From a plasmid: a stretch of DNA of 64,000 nt. Shown one piece after another: positions 19,021-29,797 of this stretch (the stretch's first letter is position 1; each line of letters starts with the position of its first letter). The position numbers and the translations under genes are program-made. The notes under the pieces are model-generated. The model did not search any database. It worked only from the letters and a program-made list of their open reading frames with translations, and was not told where the DNA came from. The DNA is taken from sequence record NZ_CP083859.1. One strand, 5' to 3'.

Positions 19021-19912
19021 TAATCTCTGCGCTATGTTCCGGTCAGTTTAAAGCAGGCTTCTTGCTGAACTGGCTGGCATTACATTATCAAGGATATTAT
19101 GAACATCATTATCACACAAAGGTTAATTTAAGGGAGAGGATGCGGCAGCACTTTTCGATTACCTCTCTTCACCACGTGCTCCTTGCTTTTAGGTTGAAAA
19201 GTTACATTCACTAGCCGAGGCGGAGGTCGACGTGGCTAAACGAGCCACTGACCCAGCACAGTTTGCCGTTTGTCTAAAAACCGATACGTTAATCGGATAT
19301 CTTTTTGCGGACAATAGCAATAAGCCAGACAGCAATACCAGGTCAGTAGGCTGACACTTTACTCAACGTTATGAACGCCAGAGATATGCGAACGAGTCAT
19401 TTGCTGCATTGTTTGATTATTTATTTAAACAGACGTTTGTATGCCTGGGTGGAAGTTTACAATCTGGCTTCTCAAAAATTTTGTGAACGTTACACGCAGA
19501 GGTTGCAGAGCAATAGTGGCCCAGAAAAAATGCCTGCTAATTGAAATGAACAATATTCTTAGTGTTTTTAATGGTAATGCAGTTACTGAACACAATTTTA
19601 TTGAACACAGATCAATGATCTGACTCTCCACTAAATCAAAATTTCAACGTACCTTAGTCTTTGTCTATTTTTGAAAATAATAAGTAGCGGTAATTCTGAA
19701 TTGTTTATGAAGAGGTCCCGTACGCCTGCCGTTCACCATCATAAGCTAGCCGGATGCTCGTAACACTTATTTTGGCAATCCGACGGAGCTGACCGACTCT
19801 GCTAGTTACTTGAGGATGCCAAGACGCGCCGAACCAATCAAGTAAATGAAAGAAAACAGACAATGCGGCGCCGGAAACAAATACGAATGTTCAGAGTATG
19901 AGCAGTTGATAT

Positions 19913-19950
19913 GCACGAAAGGAAGAAAAAAGGCAGGGAGATTAATTCCC
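19913..19950 (-). terminator. Rho-independent terminator downstream of hns (bidirectional hairpin)
   Basis: AAAAAAGGCAGGGAGATTAATTCCCTGCCTTTTTT, a perfect 9-bp stem flanked by A and T runs, 12 nt after the hns stop. Confidence 0.65.
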
Positions 19951-19961
19951 TGCCTTTTTTA

Positions 19962-20366
19962 TCATTTAATCAAGAAGTCATCAACATTGCCGCCGTTGGC
20001 AATGTGTTCAGCAAAAACTTTAGGTGTACGGCCCTGGCCAGTCCATGTTTTAGTTTCACCGTTTTCATCGGTGTACTGGTATTTGGCCGGTCGTGCTGCA
20101 CGCTCTTTTTTAGGTTTTGTCTGGCCGGTGGAGAATTCAAGCAACTCTGACGGGTCAATACCATCATCCAGCATCAACTGGCGCAACTTATTCAGCTTCT
20201 CTGTACGTTCCGAAATCTCGTTACGTTTTGCTTCTTCTTCATCACGACGTTCCGAAACGATGACATTAAACTTCTCCAGAATGTCTTCCAGAGTTTCGAG
20301 AGGCAACTCACGCGCCTGAGCTCGCAGTGAACGGGTGTTATTAAGTGTTTTCAGTTCTTCAGACAT
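19962..20366 (-). CDS. hns: Plasmid-encoded H-NS family nucleoid protein
   Basis: 134 aa, MSEELKTLNNTRSLRAQARE...TWTGQGRTPK, a canonical H-NS/StpA C-terminal DNA-binding motif. Confidence 0.9.
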   Translation of the reverse strand: MSEELKTLNNTRSLRAQARELPLETLEDILEKFNVIVSERRDEEEAKRNEISERTEKLNKLRQLMLDDGIDPSELLEFSTGQTKPKKERAARPAKYQYTDENGETKTWTGQGRTPKVFAEHIANGGNVDDFLIK

Positions 20367-20960
20367 TTTAGCTCCAGAGGGTAGTAATCATAATCTCAGT
20401 TGATTATGAAACATTAAAAAATAAAATCAACAGAAAGCCAACTGAATTAATGAACAATGTCGAACGGATTCACTTCTTTATGTTTCTTAAAATGAATGAA
20501 CTGCGCTTGAAGAGCTTCTGAGACATTGTGCCTTGGTATACAGGTTGTAAAGTCGCATGGGGTTCATACATGTTAGATGGGAACGATACTTAAAATGAAT
20601 CACAGGTAGGGATTTACCCGGCATATTTATGATGTTAAAAAGTTAGAAATACAAAATTAGTTACAAAAACCTTATGGCAACTCATACCATATACCTGGTT
20701 TAAAATGCATCAACCCTGACTACTTGAGAGTGTTTTGATAAGCGTGGGTCAGGGGTAATGTTACCCCTTATATGAAGATAATCTGAGTTCAGCTTTGATG
20801 TAAGGTATTCGCTGATAGTGGCTATGGCAAGCATAATGCTGAGTCAGGGCAACTTTGGTCGAAGATAAATAAACGCTCCCGGTTAAAGTTTTACTTACCA
20901 TTGCAGGAGTAATGGTTTACCGGGTGCGCATATTTTATGCTCTCTGTCGGTTACTTTGTG

Positions 20961-21449
20961 TTAAGGGGATTCATTTTTCCGAATCTTCTCATTTTCACGG
21001 CTTTCCTTTAAAAGCTCGTCAATCACACGTTCCGTTATTTTTTCCACGGCCTCGCTTCTTGAGAGACCTTCCATATCCGCAAGCCTGTCTATCTTCCGCA
21101 GTATTTTCATACGCAGCGATAAAGAGACCGCTGTTTTTTTATCTTTATCCAGAATGACGCGGCCACCTGACTCTGTGCTTTTCAGTTCGGCATTCTTTGC
21201 CAGATCATCACTCATCCGTCGCAGCGTTTTTTTATCAAGGTTACCCGGCGTGATCATCTGGTAAGAGTGACTGGCCTTGCTGTACTTTATTTCTGCTGAA
21301 TAGTCTTCCCTGAGTGCTTTAAGGGCCCGTGTCAGGGTTGGCTCTGAACATTCCAGGCTGGTGATGATATCGGCGGCAGGAACCGGTTTCCCGGTGCCCA
21401 GTAAATTAGCCAGAGTGAAAATGCGGACCTGTCGCGTATTGAGTTGCAT
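20961..21449 (-). CDS. terW: TerW-like DNA-binding regulator of the ter locus
   Basis: About 160 aa with an N-terminal wHTH (GKPVPAADIITSLECSEPTLTRALKALRE) and a C-terminal RHH-like segment. It holds the terW position, divergent from and upstream of terZ-F. Confidence 0.6.
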   Translation of the reverse strand: MQLNTRQVRIFTLANLLGTGKPVPAADIITSLECSEPTLTRALKALREDYSAEIKYSKASHSYQMITPGNLDKKTLRRMSDDLAKNAELKSTESGGRVILDKDKKTAVSLSLRMKILRKIDRLADMEGLSRSEAVEKITERVIDELLKESRENEKIRKNESP

Positions 21450-21451
21450 CG

Positions 21452-22675
21452 TTAGTTAAAGCCTGCGTCAAAAAAAAGTGGTTCAATTGCCTGAAAGATA
21501 AATGTCGTGCTCATCTTTCTGATAACCGGATAGTCTCCAAGCGCTTCCACCGGATCCACATGTTCTATCCCGGCAAAATTAATCGACGCCATCTGTGCTC
21601 TGCTAAATTTGCATGACAGGATGTATTCGTCTTCAAGATACCCGGTCCGTTTACTGATGCGCTGGGTAAAACCTGAAACCACCACGTAGTCAAAGGGTAG
21701 TGTATGCAGGGCAATACCGGCCAGGCGCAACAGGCACCCATGAACATGGCGTGCGTAATTTTCTCGCTGTGCTTTTTGCGTCATGGCCTTTTCGGTGATT
21801 TCTGTACCGCGGGCATTCACACCGTAAGTTTTATCAGGCATGTCTTCTATCTCAGGCAGATCGACATCGAGCCAGACCGTGGACTGTTCAGGTTTGACTT
21901 CGAACGTCACCAGAGTTTCCCGTGGCCACTCAGTTTGCGCCAGTACCTCACCCAGTCGGGACTCAAAGAAAGCACTGTCCCTGCGAAACTGGTCACGGGC
22001 TTCAGCCTGCGATGCGATCAGCCTGCTTTCATGCTCCTTAGCCTCGAATTGCCAATTGGCATACTGTTCAGCCCAGGCGGTGCGCTGCTGCTGATAGCGA
22101 TGCTGGCGGAGCGTATTTTCTCGTTCCGTATCAGCCAGCGTCTGCTGCCATTGATTCCTGAGCTCCTCAAGACGCTCTGCACGGGCCGCATCGGATTCAA
22201 ACCATTTCCCAAAAAATCCTACACTAGTGCTCTCATCCGGTTGCTCTGGTAAGGGCATCAACTCAGGTTTCGCCGGACGTACCGGCGCCGGTACCAGCCA
22301 GGGTTTCTGACGACTGGCCAGATATTCTGTTTCCAGTTCGGACCAGCTGATACCCTGGCGGGGATCCGGCGTCAGCTCATGGATATTGGCAATACTGCTC
22401 ACAACAGACATCAGTGCGCCCACTTCCTTTTCGAGCTCCAGCCGAATAGAAGGATCGGGTTGTGCGCTACGGGCAGTACGTGAGCGGGCTGAGCTATCCA
22501 GTCTGGTGCGATAACTCAGGCCGGTACCCGGCAAACCCAGGTTGGCATAAGTGCCCCGGCTACCAATGGATACAGACGCCCCCCGCGGTCCTACGCTGAG
22601 ACTCGGTGCGCCGTTACTTAAGTTCAGCCGTACGCCGGGAATGATGTTGATCGTTTTACGAAATCGAAATCCCAT
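21452..22675 (-). CDS. DUF4236-domain protein (N-terminal MGFRFRKTINIIPGVRLNLS motif), ter-associated
   Basis: 407 aa. The N-terminal approximately 50 residues fit the DUF4236 signature; the rest is unassigned. Co-oriented with terW and the Ter biosynthetic module. Confidence 0.55.
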   Translation of the reverse strand: MGFRFRKTINIIPGVRLNLSNGAPSLSVGPRGASVSIGSRGTYANLGLPGTGLSYRTRLDSSARSRTARSAQPDPSIRLELEKEVGALMSVVSSIANIHELTPDPRQGISWSELETEYLASRQKPWLVPAPVRPAKPELMPLPEQPDESTSVGFFGKWFESDAARAERLEELRNQWQQTLADTERENTLRQHRYQQQRTAWAEQYANWQFEAKEHESRLIASQAEARDQFRRDSAFFESRLGEVLAQTEWPRETLVTFEVKPEQSTVWLDVDLPEIEDMPDKTYGVNARGTEITEKAMTQKAQRENYARHVHGCLLRLAGIALHTLPFDYVVVSGFTQRISKRTGYLEDEYILSCKFSRAQMASINFAGIEHVDPVEALGDYPVIRKMSTTFIFQAIEPLFFDAGFN

Positions 22676-22685
22676 TACGACATCC

Positions 22686-23642
22686 TCAGTTTTTCTGTGA
22701 CAGTGGCATCAGTCTGATACCCTCTGCGCTTTGTTCCGGGATCATGCCATATATCCGGGCTCGTTCCAGTATGCTCGCTGCCCAGCGGCGATGCGTTGCC
22801 GGTTCGCACATCGCGCCCTGCGATTTGAATACAGCCTGAGTGGAGTTGAGGATCCGGAGCGCATCCGAATGTTCGCCTGCTGATACCTTCAGTGCGTTTT
22901 CGATAACATCAATCTGAGCAGGGTGGATGGCCGTTTTACCCACCAGCCCATGCGCCATATCAAGCGCCAGCTCCCGCGCCATAATGTCATGATCGTCAAT
23001 ATGCTCACAGACTGGCGCCGTCAGCGCAAAATCACGCGGACCGAATACTGACACCAGCATTTTAATCACGTAGCCCATAGGCCCGTCGTAAAGTGTCAGA
23101 TTCCGCGGCCGTCTCAGCGAGACCACATTCATCAGGTCATTTCCGCCGATACGCAGGGCAATGAGCCGATCAAGGCATGGATGAGAAAGTAGCTTTTCCG
23201 CAAGTTCACGCATCCGGAGGACATCAAACACGTCGTCGGTTTCAAGGGTCGGCATAAGACAAAGGTGCGTGTCTGCCATTGCCGCCCACCATTCCGGCAA
23301 CGAGGCCAGAGTGAATTTTGGCAGTACAAAACCGTCAACGGCGCTCAGGTCGACATTCTGAACCAGCCATTGCCCCATTTCCGTATGTCGCGGGCGAATA
23401 AACACCAGCGGCCAGTCCTGGTTACCGGCACGTAATTTTTCCTGGCTGAGGCGCTGCAGCAGCTGTCTCAGATTTTCCAGCGCCCGGGGGATATCTGTTT
23501 CACTGACCGCATCCTCCAGACAAATGACCAGCGAGCGAAGTCCCGGGATCTTGCCGTCCAGGATAGCTCCCTCAATATCGTAACGGGTTGCGGGCATGTA
23601 CAGCGTGGCGCCAAGATTCCAGGGCGAGAGGCGATTTTTCAT
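22686..23642 (-). CDS. HpcH/HpaI aldolase / citrate lyase beta-like enzyme (Ter-linked biosynthetic module)
   Basis: 318 aa; CitE/HpcH-like fold inferred from the motifs ICLEDAV and GKTAIHPAQI. Confidence 0.65.
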   Translation of the reverse strand: MKNRLSPWNLGATLYMPATRYDIEGAILDGKIPGLRSLVICLEDAVSETDIPRALENLRQLLQRLSQEKLRAGNQDWPLVFIRPRHTEMGQWLVQNVDLSAVDGFVLPKFTLASLPEWWAAMADTHLCLMPTLETDDVFDVLRMRELAEKLLSHPCLDRLIALRIGGNDLMNVVSLRRPRNLTLYDGPMGYVIKMLVSVFGPRDFALTAPVCEHIDDHDIMARELALDMAHGLVGKTAIHPAQIDVIENALKVSAGEHSDALRILNSTQAVFKSQGAMCEPATHRRWAASILERARIYGMIPEQSAEGIRLMPLSQKN

Positions 23643-24736
23643 CAGAGCACCTTTTTAATAATGGTCACGGCCCGGTACTGGCCAAGTGCGTCACCCATTT
23701 CGGTAACGATGATCCCTTTATCGCGGGCCAGGCCTACCAGTAACTCGACATCCGGATCGCTGACTGAGCGTACAAACACATGATCGGGTACCCGGCGTAA
23801 TACGGCGCGGGTTGCTTCAGCGATACCCGGTTTAATCCGGTTGATGCTGTCGACCGCATACCTGTCAGCAAGGAGGGCGATCACATCACGACTCTTCTGC
23901 CACAGACCGGTATTCGCTGCCATATTCCAGTCGAGCCCGGGTACAGCCGCGGGATCGAGTTTTTCGCGATAATCGGCAACCGTCCCGACCAGCAAGCGGC
24001 TGCATTCGTACTCATTCAGATGTTCGCACACGACGCAGCCGTGTAACCCTTCAGTAGTCCATACAGAGCGTGAAATAAGGCCTGATACCGGCGCCCCCAT
24101 AATCCCGAACGGGATCAGCCAGTCATCATCGCTTGCCGCCAGCCAGGAGCAGCCACACGGGTCAGCGAGCACCACAAGGCGGGGGTGTTCCGGATAACCG
24201 CTGCGTCCTTCCAGGGAGCGAACCAGTTGACCCGTGATCGCGCCTTTACCGGTCCAGCCATCAACGAACACAATGCCATGTGTGCCATGACGGGATTCAA
24301 TGATATCCAGGGCAGCGGTATCGATGCCGCGATCACGAATGATGCTGATCCCGTAGTGGAAGGATGTTTTCCCCATGTCCCGCAGCGTCTGATGCAGCAT
24401 CACGCCCAGAGGCACACCGGCCCGGACGAGACTTGCCAGAATAATGGGTTCATCACCAAAGCGGTTGGCCAGTTCGCGGGCAAGTTGTGTTACTTCGTGT
24501 GCCAGTCGGGCCGCGCCACGATCCAGTGCGCGTGAGAATAGATCCAGATGCCAAGAGGTAGGGGCAGGCTCCTGGCTCAGCATGTCTGAATAATGCTTTT
24601 TGCCGGACTGGATCAGCGCCTCTTTTTGGTCAACCGGCGTCATTTCCATTTCAATGGGTTTGAGCAGGAACTGGACATCACTGGCGTCGTAAGAGCCCGA
24701 AAAAGGAATGAGTGGCTGCATCTTACAGTTCTCCAA
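23642..24736 (-). CDS. StiP-family cysteine protease-like protein (Ter-linked)
   Basis: 364 aa, conserved partner in Ter-associated biosynthetic clusters. The start may instead be the internal MQPLIP. Confidence 0.6.
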   Translation of the reverse strand: MENCKMQPLIPFSGSYDASDVQFLLKPIEMEMTPVDQKEALIQSGKKHYSDMLSQEPAPTSWHLDLFSRALDRGAARLAHEVTQLARELANRFGDEPIILASLVRAGVPLGVMLHQTLRDMGKTSFHYGISIIRDRGIDTAALDIIESRHGTHGIVFVDGWTGKGAITGQLVRSLEGRSGYPEHPRLVVLADPCGCSWLAASDDDWLIPFGIMGAPVSGLISRSVWTTEGLHGCVVCEHLNEYECSRLLVGTVADYREKLDPAAVPGLDWNMAANTGLWQKSRDVIALLADRYAVDSINRIKPGIAEATRAVLRRVPDHVFVRSVSDPDVELLVGLARDKGIIVTEMGDALGQYRAVTIIKKVL

Positions 24737-25514
24737 AAATTTTCATTGAGACGGCTTCAGCGAACTGGCTTTGACGCGGGATCCCGTACCAGCTGCAGAG
24801 CTTCATAAAGCGGTGATCGCTAAGACTGTCACCGAGCCCAATCACCGGGAATACACCTCGCTCGGCACGTAATTTGTTCAGCAACCAGGTAACGGCCAGA
24901 CCTTTTTCCACGGGATGAGGAAGCCAGGCAACATTGTTGCTGTTACGGTGGATATAGAAGTCCGCGACCGGGAATACCGCTTCAATCTCGTCTGCAATGG
25001 CATACAGCTCATCAAGCCGTGTGCTGTCGCGGTGCTTCATCACCAGATAGACGGGTGTGCCGTCATATTCATAGTTGAGTCGCGCCCAGGCGTTAATGCC
25101 CCTGGCTTCCATCATCTCTGTGATCGCACGTTGCATGGAGATAAGCCTCTCTTCGTACTGCGCCAGGCCCTGCAACATGTGCGCTTTCCAGTCCTCGTCA
25201 GGCTGACCCTGTGGGTTCAGGATAACGGCACCATGGGTTGTAATCGCCCAAGAGTGGAAGGGGATCTGCACGCGGCTGATTTCTTCAGTGCCGCGGGCCG
25301 TCACCGGAATAAGTTCAGCCTGCTCCAGTAACCAGTCCACCAGCATGGACTGCTCTTCAGTCATGAAGCTGCGTGGCGCTAAACTTCTGTCCAGCGCTCC
25401 GGTTTTAAAGGGCTCCAGCGCGAGCTCATCCACCATTTTGCGTCGGGTCTGGAAGAGGGTGTCATCAAGGTCACTCAGGACAACGGGTTTATTCATAGCT
25501 AATAATCTCCACAC
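24723..25514 (-). CDS. HAD-superfamily hydrolase (Ter-linked)
   Basis: LSDLDDTLF, the HAD motif I (DxDxT). Confidence 0.7.
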   Translation of the reverse strand: MWRLLAMNKPVVLSDLDDTLFQTRRKMVDELALEPFKTGALDRSLAPRSFMTEEQSMLVDWLLEQAELIPVTARGTEEISRVQIPFHSWAITTHGAVILNPQGQPDEDWKAHMLQGLAQYEERLISMQRAITEMMEARGINAWARLNYEYDGTPVYLVMKHRDSTRLDELYAIADEIEAVFPVADFYIHRNSNNVAWLPHPVEKGLAVTWLLNKLRAERGVFPVIGLGDSLSDHRFMKLCSWYGIPRQSQFAEAVSMKIFGEL

Positions 25515-26631
25515 TGGCGGCTACTCCTGCCAGCGTCTTCATCAGGTGACTGTCCACGCTGGCCGCTGGCGTCTCGGTGCAAAGCAGAACGCGATCAAAC
25601 CGCTGGTGCGCAACGTTGTATAAAAAATTGGGAATGCCCAGACCATAGTTATCCGTGAAGGCAATAGCCGACTGAATGGCGAAGCCTGTGGCTATCGGTG
25701 ATCGGGTAGTGGAACTGTAAAACGCATCCGCACCGGCCTCGGCCAGACGCTCAGCAAGCAGGAACGGTTCCCACACAAATTCACCTGTGCCCAGCACCAG
25801 CACGCGTTCTCCCGGTGAGATGGTGATATTACGGCCCAGGTCATTAGCGGGCGCCGTCATCCCCAGTCGGCCCCAGGACTGTTTGCCGGTGATGGGGAAG
25901 TTACCCCGGGAAGTCACATTCACCGCTGGCATTACCGGGACGGGCGCGTCCGGGATGGGTTCCCACTGCCATGCACCGCTGACCAATGACAGCGTGCGCA
26001 CCGGCAAAGGACAACGCGTTTCCAGCGCATCACCACTCCAGTCGGTGAGTGTGACAGCCACAACCTGCTCCAGCTGTGGCAACCGGCCAGTATTGCGCAG
26101 TGCCGCAAGGAGATTGATGAAGGTGTTACCGGTTGTGGCTTCATCATCAATCAGAACCAGGGTTCGCGCTTCGGTCACTCTGCGGCGCATTTCCGCCTCA
26201 GCGGGCAGGTAGATCAGATGATCTGTCGCATGGCTGTGCTCTTCCTTAAATTCACACAGCAGTTCACCGTCCTGAGGATGGCGCGTTGAGGTCAGGTAAA
26301 CGGAATCCGCGTACTGGTGGCGAAGTTCATCAAACACGCCAGCCCCGAGACCTACCGCAGTCTCGGCCATCCCGATAAACAGCACCGGTCCGGGAACGGA
26401 CTCCGGAAACTGGCGGGCCAGACGCTGGTATGCCTGACGCATTGTCGAAGGAGGAACCGGAATATGTCTGCCCAGCACTTTGCTGACAAAGAGAAAAGCA
26501 CGTTTCGGGTTATGGCGCTCAGCAATATCAAAAAGATCGTTAAGGGACATCTCGCCCCGGGCGCGTGTGACCTGAATCGTGCCGCATAACAATGCACGTC
26601 GATAAACAGTGTCTTCGTTCAACAGTGACAT
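25489..26631 (-). CDS. Phosphoribosyltransferase-domain protein (Ter-linked PRTase)
   Basis: VLIDDEATTGNTF is a PRTase phosphoribosyl-pyrophosphate-binding motif. Confidence 0.7.
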   Translation of the reverse strand: MSLLNEDTVYRRALLCGTIQVTRARGEMSLNDLFDIAERHNPKRAFLFVSKVLGRHIPVPPSTMRQAYQRLARQFPESVPGPVLFIGMAETAVGLGAGVFDELRHQYADSVYLTSTRHPQDGELLCEFKEEHSHATDHLIYLPAEAEMRRRVTEARTLVLIDDEATTGNTFINLLAALRNTGRLPQLEQVVAVTLTDWSGDALETRCPLPVRTLSLVSGAWQWEPIPDAPVPVMPAVNVTSRGNFPITGKQSWGRLGMTAPANDLGRNITISPGERVLVLGTGEFVWEPFLLAERLAEAGADAFYSSTTRSPIATGFAIQSAIAFTDNYGLGIPNFLYNVAHQRFDRVLLCTETPAASVDSHLMKTLAGVAASVEIISYE

Positions 26632-26639
26632 AGTGAGCC

Positions 26640-27698
26640 TTAATTAATACGGTTGGTGAGGTCGGCTGGATAGACGATGACATCGGTAATGGATCGCACC
26701 GTTGCAGGCTTGAAGGAAACCATCGCGTTATCTATCACTTCATTTTTCGACATCAGGCCCAGCTGGTGGAAGGCAAACAGCCCCGGCAGATTTACGCCGC
26801 TGCGCAACGTGTATCCAATCCCACCTGACGGACGCATATTCGTCTCAAGCAGCACTGGCTTGCCGTTGTGGTCATTACGCGTCTGCACATTGGTGAGGCC
26901 GTCCGCGTTCATAGCCCGGGCACAGTTACAGGCCAGCTCGTATGCTTCGCCGCAGTTCACCAGATACTGAAGCGCACCTTCTTTGCGACGTCCCACAGCT
27001 GCGAGGACTTCACCCTTGTGCGCCAGAATATCGACAGAATATTCGGGTCCAGGCAGATACGGCATCAAAACAAGGGGGGTAAACGTCTTAGCGGCGCTCA
27101 GCGCTGCAATATACTGGCCGGGTTTCACGATCCGGTTTTCCGGGTTGTTGAATACCGCTATGGAGGAGGCCTCGTCATCGAAACGCCAGAATCCCATGCC
27201 ATAAATACCCGTGACGGGTTTGACACATAGCGGAGTATCCGCAAAAGGAGGATTAGCAAGATGGTCCTGCAGCGCCGAAATCGAGTTGATGCGTACAGAA
27301 GGGACGACCGGCAGTCCACATTGCTGCATAAAGTCAGCGAAAGTAACTTTATCGTCGGCAAGCGTCAGCCAGTCAGAAGCCGTCGCGCCAGTGGTGAGCG
27401 TAGCGCCCGACGCTTCGATTGCAGCACGATGCTGTTCGAACCACTGACTATTTCGTCCCGTATGAACAGCATTAATCCCGTGTTTCCCGATAGTGTCGAG
27501 AATGAAAGCAAGGCGGCTTTCCGGGTCAGAGGGTTCGATTAGCGCATAGTCAGCAACGGCAAGCAATTCATTACGTTCGTGACGATGAGAGGCATAAACA
27601 ACAAGATTGAAGTTATTAAATTTAGCGAAAGACTTCATTCCCTGAATAATATCACGCTGTGATGAAAGTCCTTCCATAAGCCAAATTTTGTTTTTCAT
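26640..27698 (-). CDS. ATP-grasp enzyme (Ter-linked)
   Basis: 352 aa; its length and position fit the ATP-grasp ligase of the Ter-associated module. Confidence 0.6.
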   Translation of the reverse strand: MKNKIWLMEGLSSQRDIIQGMKSFAKFNNFNLVVYASHRHERNELLAVADYALIEPSDPESRLAFILDTIGKHGINAVHTGRNSQWFEQHRAAIEASGATLTTGATASDWLTLADDKVTFADFMQQCGLPVVPSVRINSISALQDHLANPPFADTPLCVKPVTGIYGMGFWRFDDEASSIAVFNNPENRIVKPGQYIAALSAAKTFTPLVLMPYLPGPEYSVDILAHKGEVLAAVGRRKEGALQYLVNCGEAYELACNCARAMNADGLTNVQTRNDHNGKPVLLETNMRPSGGIGYTLRSGVNLPGLFAFHQLGLMSKNEVIDNAMVSFKPATVRSITDVIVYPADLTNRIN

Positions 27699-28024
27699 TT
27701 TTTAAGTTATTACCTGATAAGTTCAAGCTGTTAAGGCGGTTATGAGAGTCTAAGAATGTCTTAAGTTGATGTCAATCATAATATGATTGTTAAATGCGGG
27801 CATTTTCAACGCTGTGACTGTGATCATGCAGGGGGTTTATACACTTATATTTCAGCAACCTGAAAGATTTAAGTGCGCAACAATGTAGCGAAAATACAGC
27901 CCTGGATCAAAAAAACCTAAAAATTTGTTCTTGCCTCAGAACTTCATCATGATATGATTTTTTACGTTAGTGGATAAGCGTTATCTCTGGGTTAACTTTC
28001 TCATCACCATTTAAGGAAATAAAT

Positions 28025-28606
28025 ATGGTTTCATTAAGCAAGAATCAGACGGTTTCACTCACTAAACAATCTTCTGCACTCAGCCAGCTTCAGTTTGGTC
28101 TTGGCTGGGATCCAATTAAGAAAAAAGGGCTGCTGGGTGGGTTGTTTGGTGGCAGTGGTTCCATCGATCTAGATGCCGGATGTGTCCTCATGGACAGCGC
28201 CGGAAACAAAATCGACACCGTCTGGTTCCAACAACTGAAATCCAAATGTACGGCTGTTGTTCACAGCGGCGACAACCTGACAGGTGAAGGCGATGGTGAT
28301 GATGAAGTGATCAATGTCAATCTGAGCAAACTGCCTGCAAATGTCGAGTACCTGGCCTTTACCGTGAACAGCTTCCGTGGTCAGTCGTTCAACGATGTCG
28401 ATAATGCATTCTGCCGTGTAGTTGATCAGACCAACAAAGAACTCGCCCGTTATCAGCTGACCGAGCAGGGCGCCCATACCGGCATCGTTATTGCGTCCCT
28501 GCGTCGTAATAATGGCAACTGGGACTTCACGGCCCATGGCCACCCATGCCGCGGTCGTACCATTACCGATATGCACTCCGATATCGTTTCAACGGTAGTC
28601 CGCTAA
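28025..28606 (+). CDS. terZ: TerZ (TerD-family)
   Basis: 193 aa, MVSLSKNQTVSLTK...[13 protein letters not shown], with the calcium-binding GDN(R/L)TGEGDGDDE signature. Confidence 0.85.
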   Translation: MVSLSKNQTVSLTKQSSALSQLQFGLGWDPIKKKGLLGGLFGGSGSIDLDAGCVLMDSAGNKIDTVWFQQLKSKCTAVVHSGDNLTGEGDGDDEVINVNLSKLPANVEYLAFTVNSFRGQSFNDVDNAFCRVVDQTNKELARYQLTEQGAHTGIVIASLRRNNGNWDFTAHGHPCRGRTITDMHSDIVSTVVR

Positions 28607-29775
28607 TGAACCTGACGCCGGGGGGCAATGCCCCCGTACCATCACAGGAGCTCCGGGTTCGAATCACCTCAGGTGGTCCGGTTGACGCCTCTGCGTTTCG
28701 TCTTTATGCAGACGGAAAAGTGCAGGGGGATGCGGATATGGTCTTCTACGGCCAGCTGCGCAACGATGATGGCACTGTCAGCCTGGTGAGTGAGGGACAG
28801 TATTCAACATTTACTGTCGCTCTTAACCGGCTGAGGACCGATGTCCAGAAAATTGCCTTTACCGTTACCTGTGACGGTGGGCAGACCGTTGCTGGTCTTC
28901 GCAATCTGTCTATTGACGTAGAGCAGGGTGCAACCCGTCTGGTTAGCGGCGTCGTGGATTTAACGGGCCGTCAGGAAGCTGCGCTCATTCTGGGTGAATT
29001 CTATCGTCGTAATAACGAGTGGAAATTCCGCTTCGTTGCTCAGGGTTTCAATGGCGGACTAAAGCCGCTGGCGGAACACTTTGGTGTTGATATCGCAGAC
29101 TCACCGGCTCCGGACACTACAACTGCGCCGCCTGCCGTTACGCCACCAGCACCAGCTCCGGCAGCTAATAAAGTAAGCCTGAGCAAGGTTTCCCTGACCA
29201 AGGAGAAACCAGCAATCAGCCTGGCCAAACGCGATAACTTTGGCGAGATCCGTATCAATCTTAACTGGAATCGCGCAAGCGGCAGCTCAGGACTGAGGGG
29301 CATGTTTGGTTCCAAAGGGATTGATCTGGATCTGGGTGCCTTTGTAGAGCTGGAAGACGGTTACAAATCGGTAATACAGGCGCTGGGTAATGCCTTCGGT
29401 GATTATCATGACGAACCTTATGTTCAGCTGCAGGGCGATGATCGTACTGGCGACAATGCTTCAGGTGAATGGCTGCACATCAACGGCCGCGAATGGAAGC
29501 ACGTTCGTGAGGTCCTGATCTATGCCTTCATTTACGAAGGTGCGGCCAGCTGGGATAAAACAGATGGGATCGTCACCATCCATGTTCCGGATCAGCCGCC
29601 TATTGAAACCCGGCTGACAGAAGGCGATAACCGTCGCACCTTGTGTGCGATTGCCCGCCTTGTCAACGAAAATGGCGCCATCAAGGTGGAGCGAATCAAC
29701 CAGTATTTCAAAGGCCAGTCTGAAATGGACAAAGCCTTTAACTGGGGCTTTCGCTGGAGCGCCGGTTCTAAATAA
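28606..29775 (+). CDS. terA: TerA
   Basis: 389 aa from the ATG overlapping the terZ stop (TAATG). Duplicated TerD-like architecture. Confidence 0.8.
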   Translation: MNLTPGGNAPVPSQELRVRITSGGPVDASAFRLYADGKVQGDADMVFYGQLRNDDGTVSLVSEGQYSTFTVALNRLRTDVQKIAFTVTCDGGQTVAGLRNLSIDVEQGATRLVSGVVDLTGRQEAALILGEFYRRNNEWKFRFVAQGFNGGLKPLAEHFGVDIADSPAPDTTTAPPAVTPPAPAPAANKVSLSKVSLTKEKPAISLAKRDNFGEIRINLNWNRASGSSGLRGMFGSKGIDLDLGAFVELEDGYKSVIQALGNAFGDYHDEPYVQLQGDDRTGDNASGEWLHINGREWKHVREVLIYAFIYEGAASWDKTDGIVTIHVPDQPPIETRLTEGDNRRTLCAIARLVNENGAIKVERINQYFKGQSEMDKAFNWGFRWSAGSK

Positions 29776-29797
29776 CGTCACATCAAAGGATTTAACC

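Noticed and set aside
19030-19900. AT-rich region with GNAT-like and other short peptide fragments between the acrB fragment and hns
   Set aside because: No ORF of at least 60 aa with a credible start or motif. Probably decayed remnants and the extended hns regulatory region.
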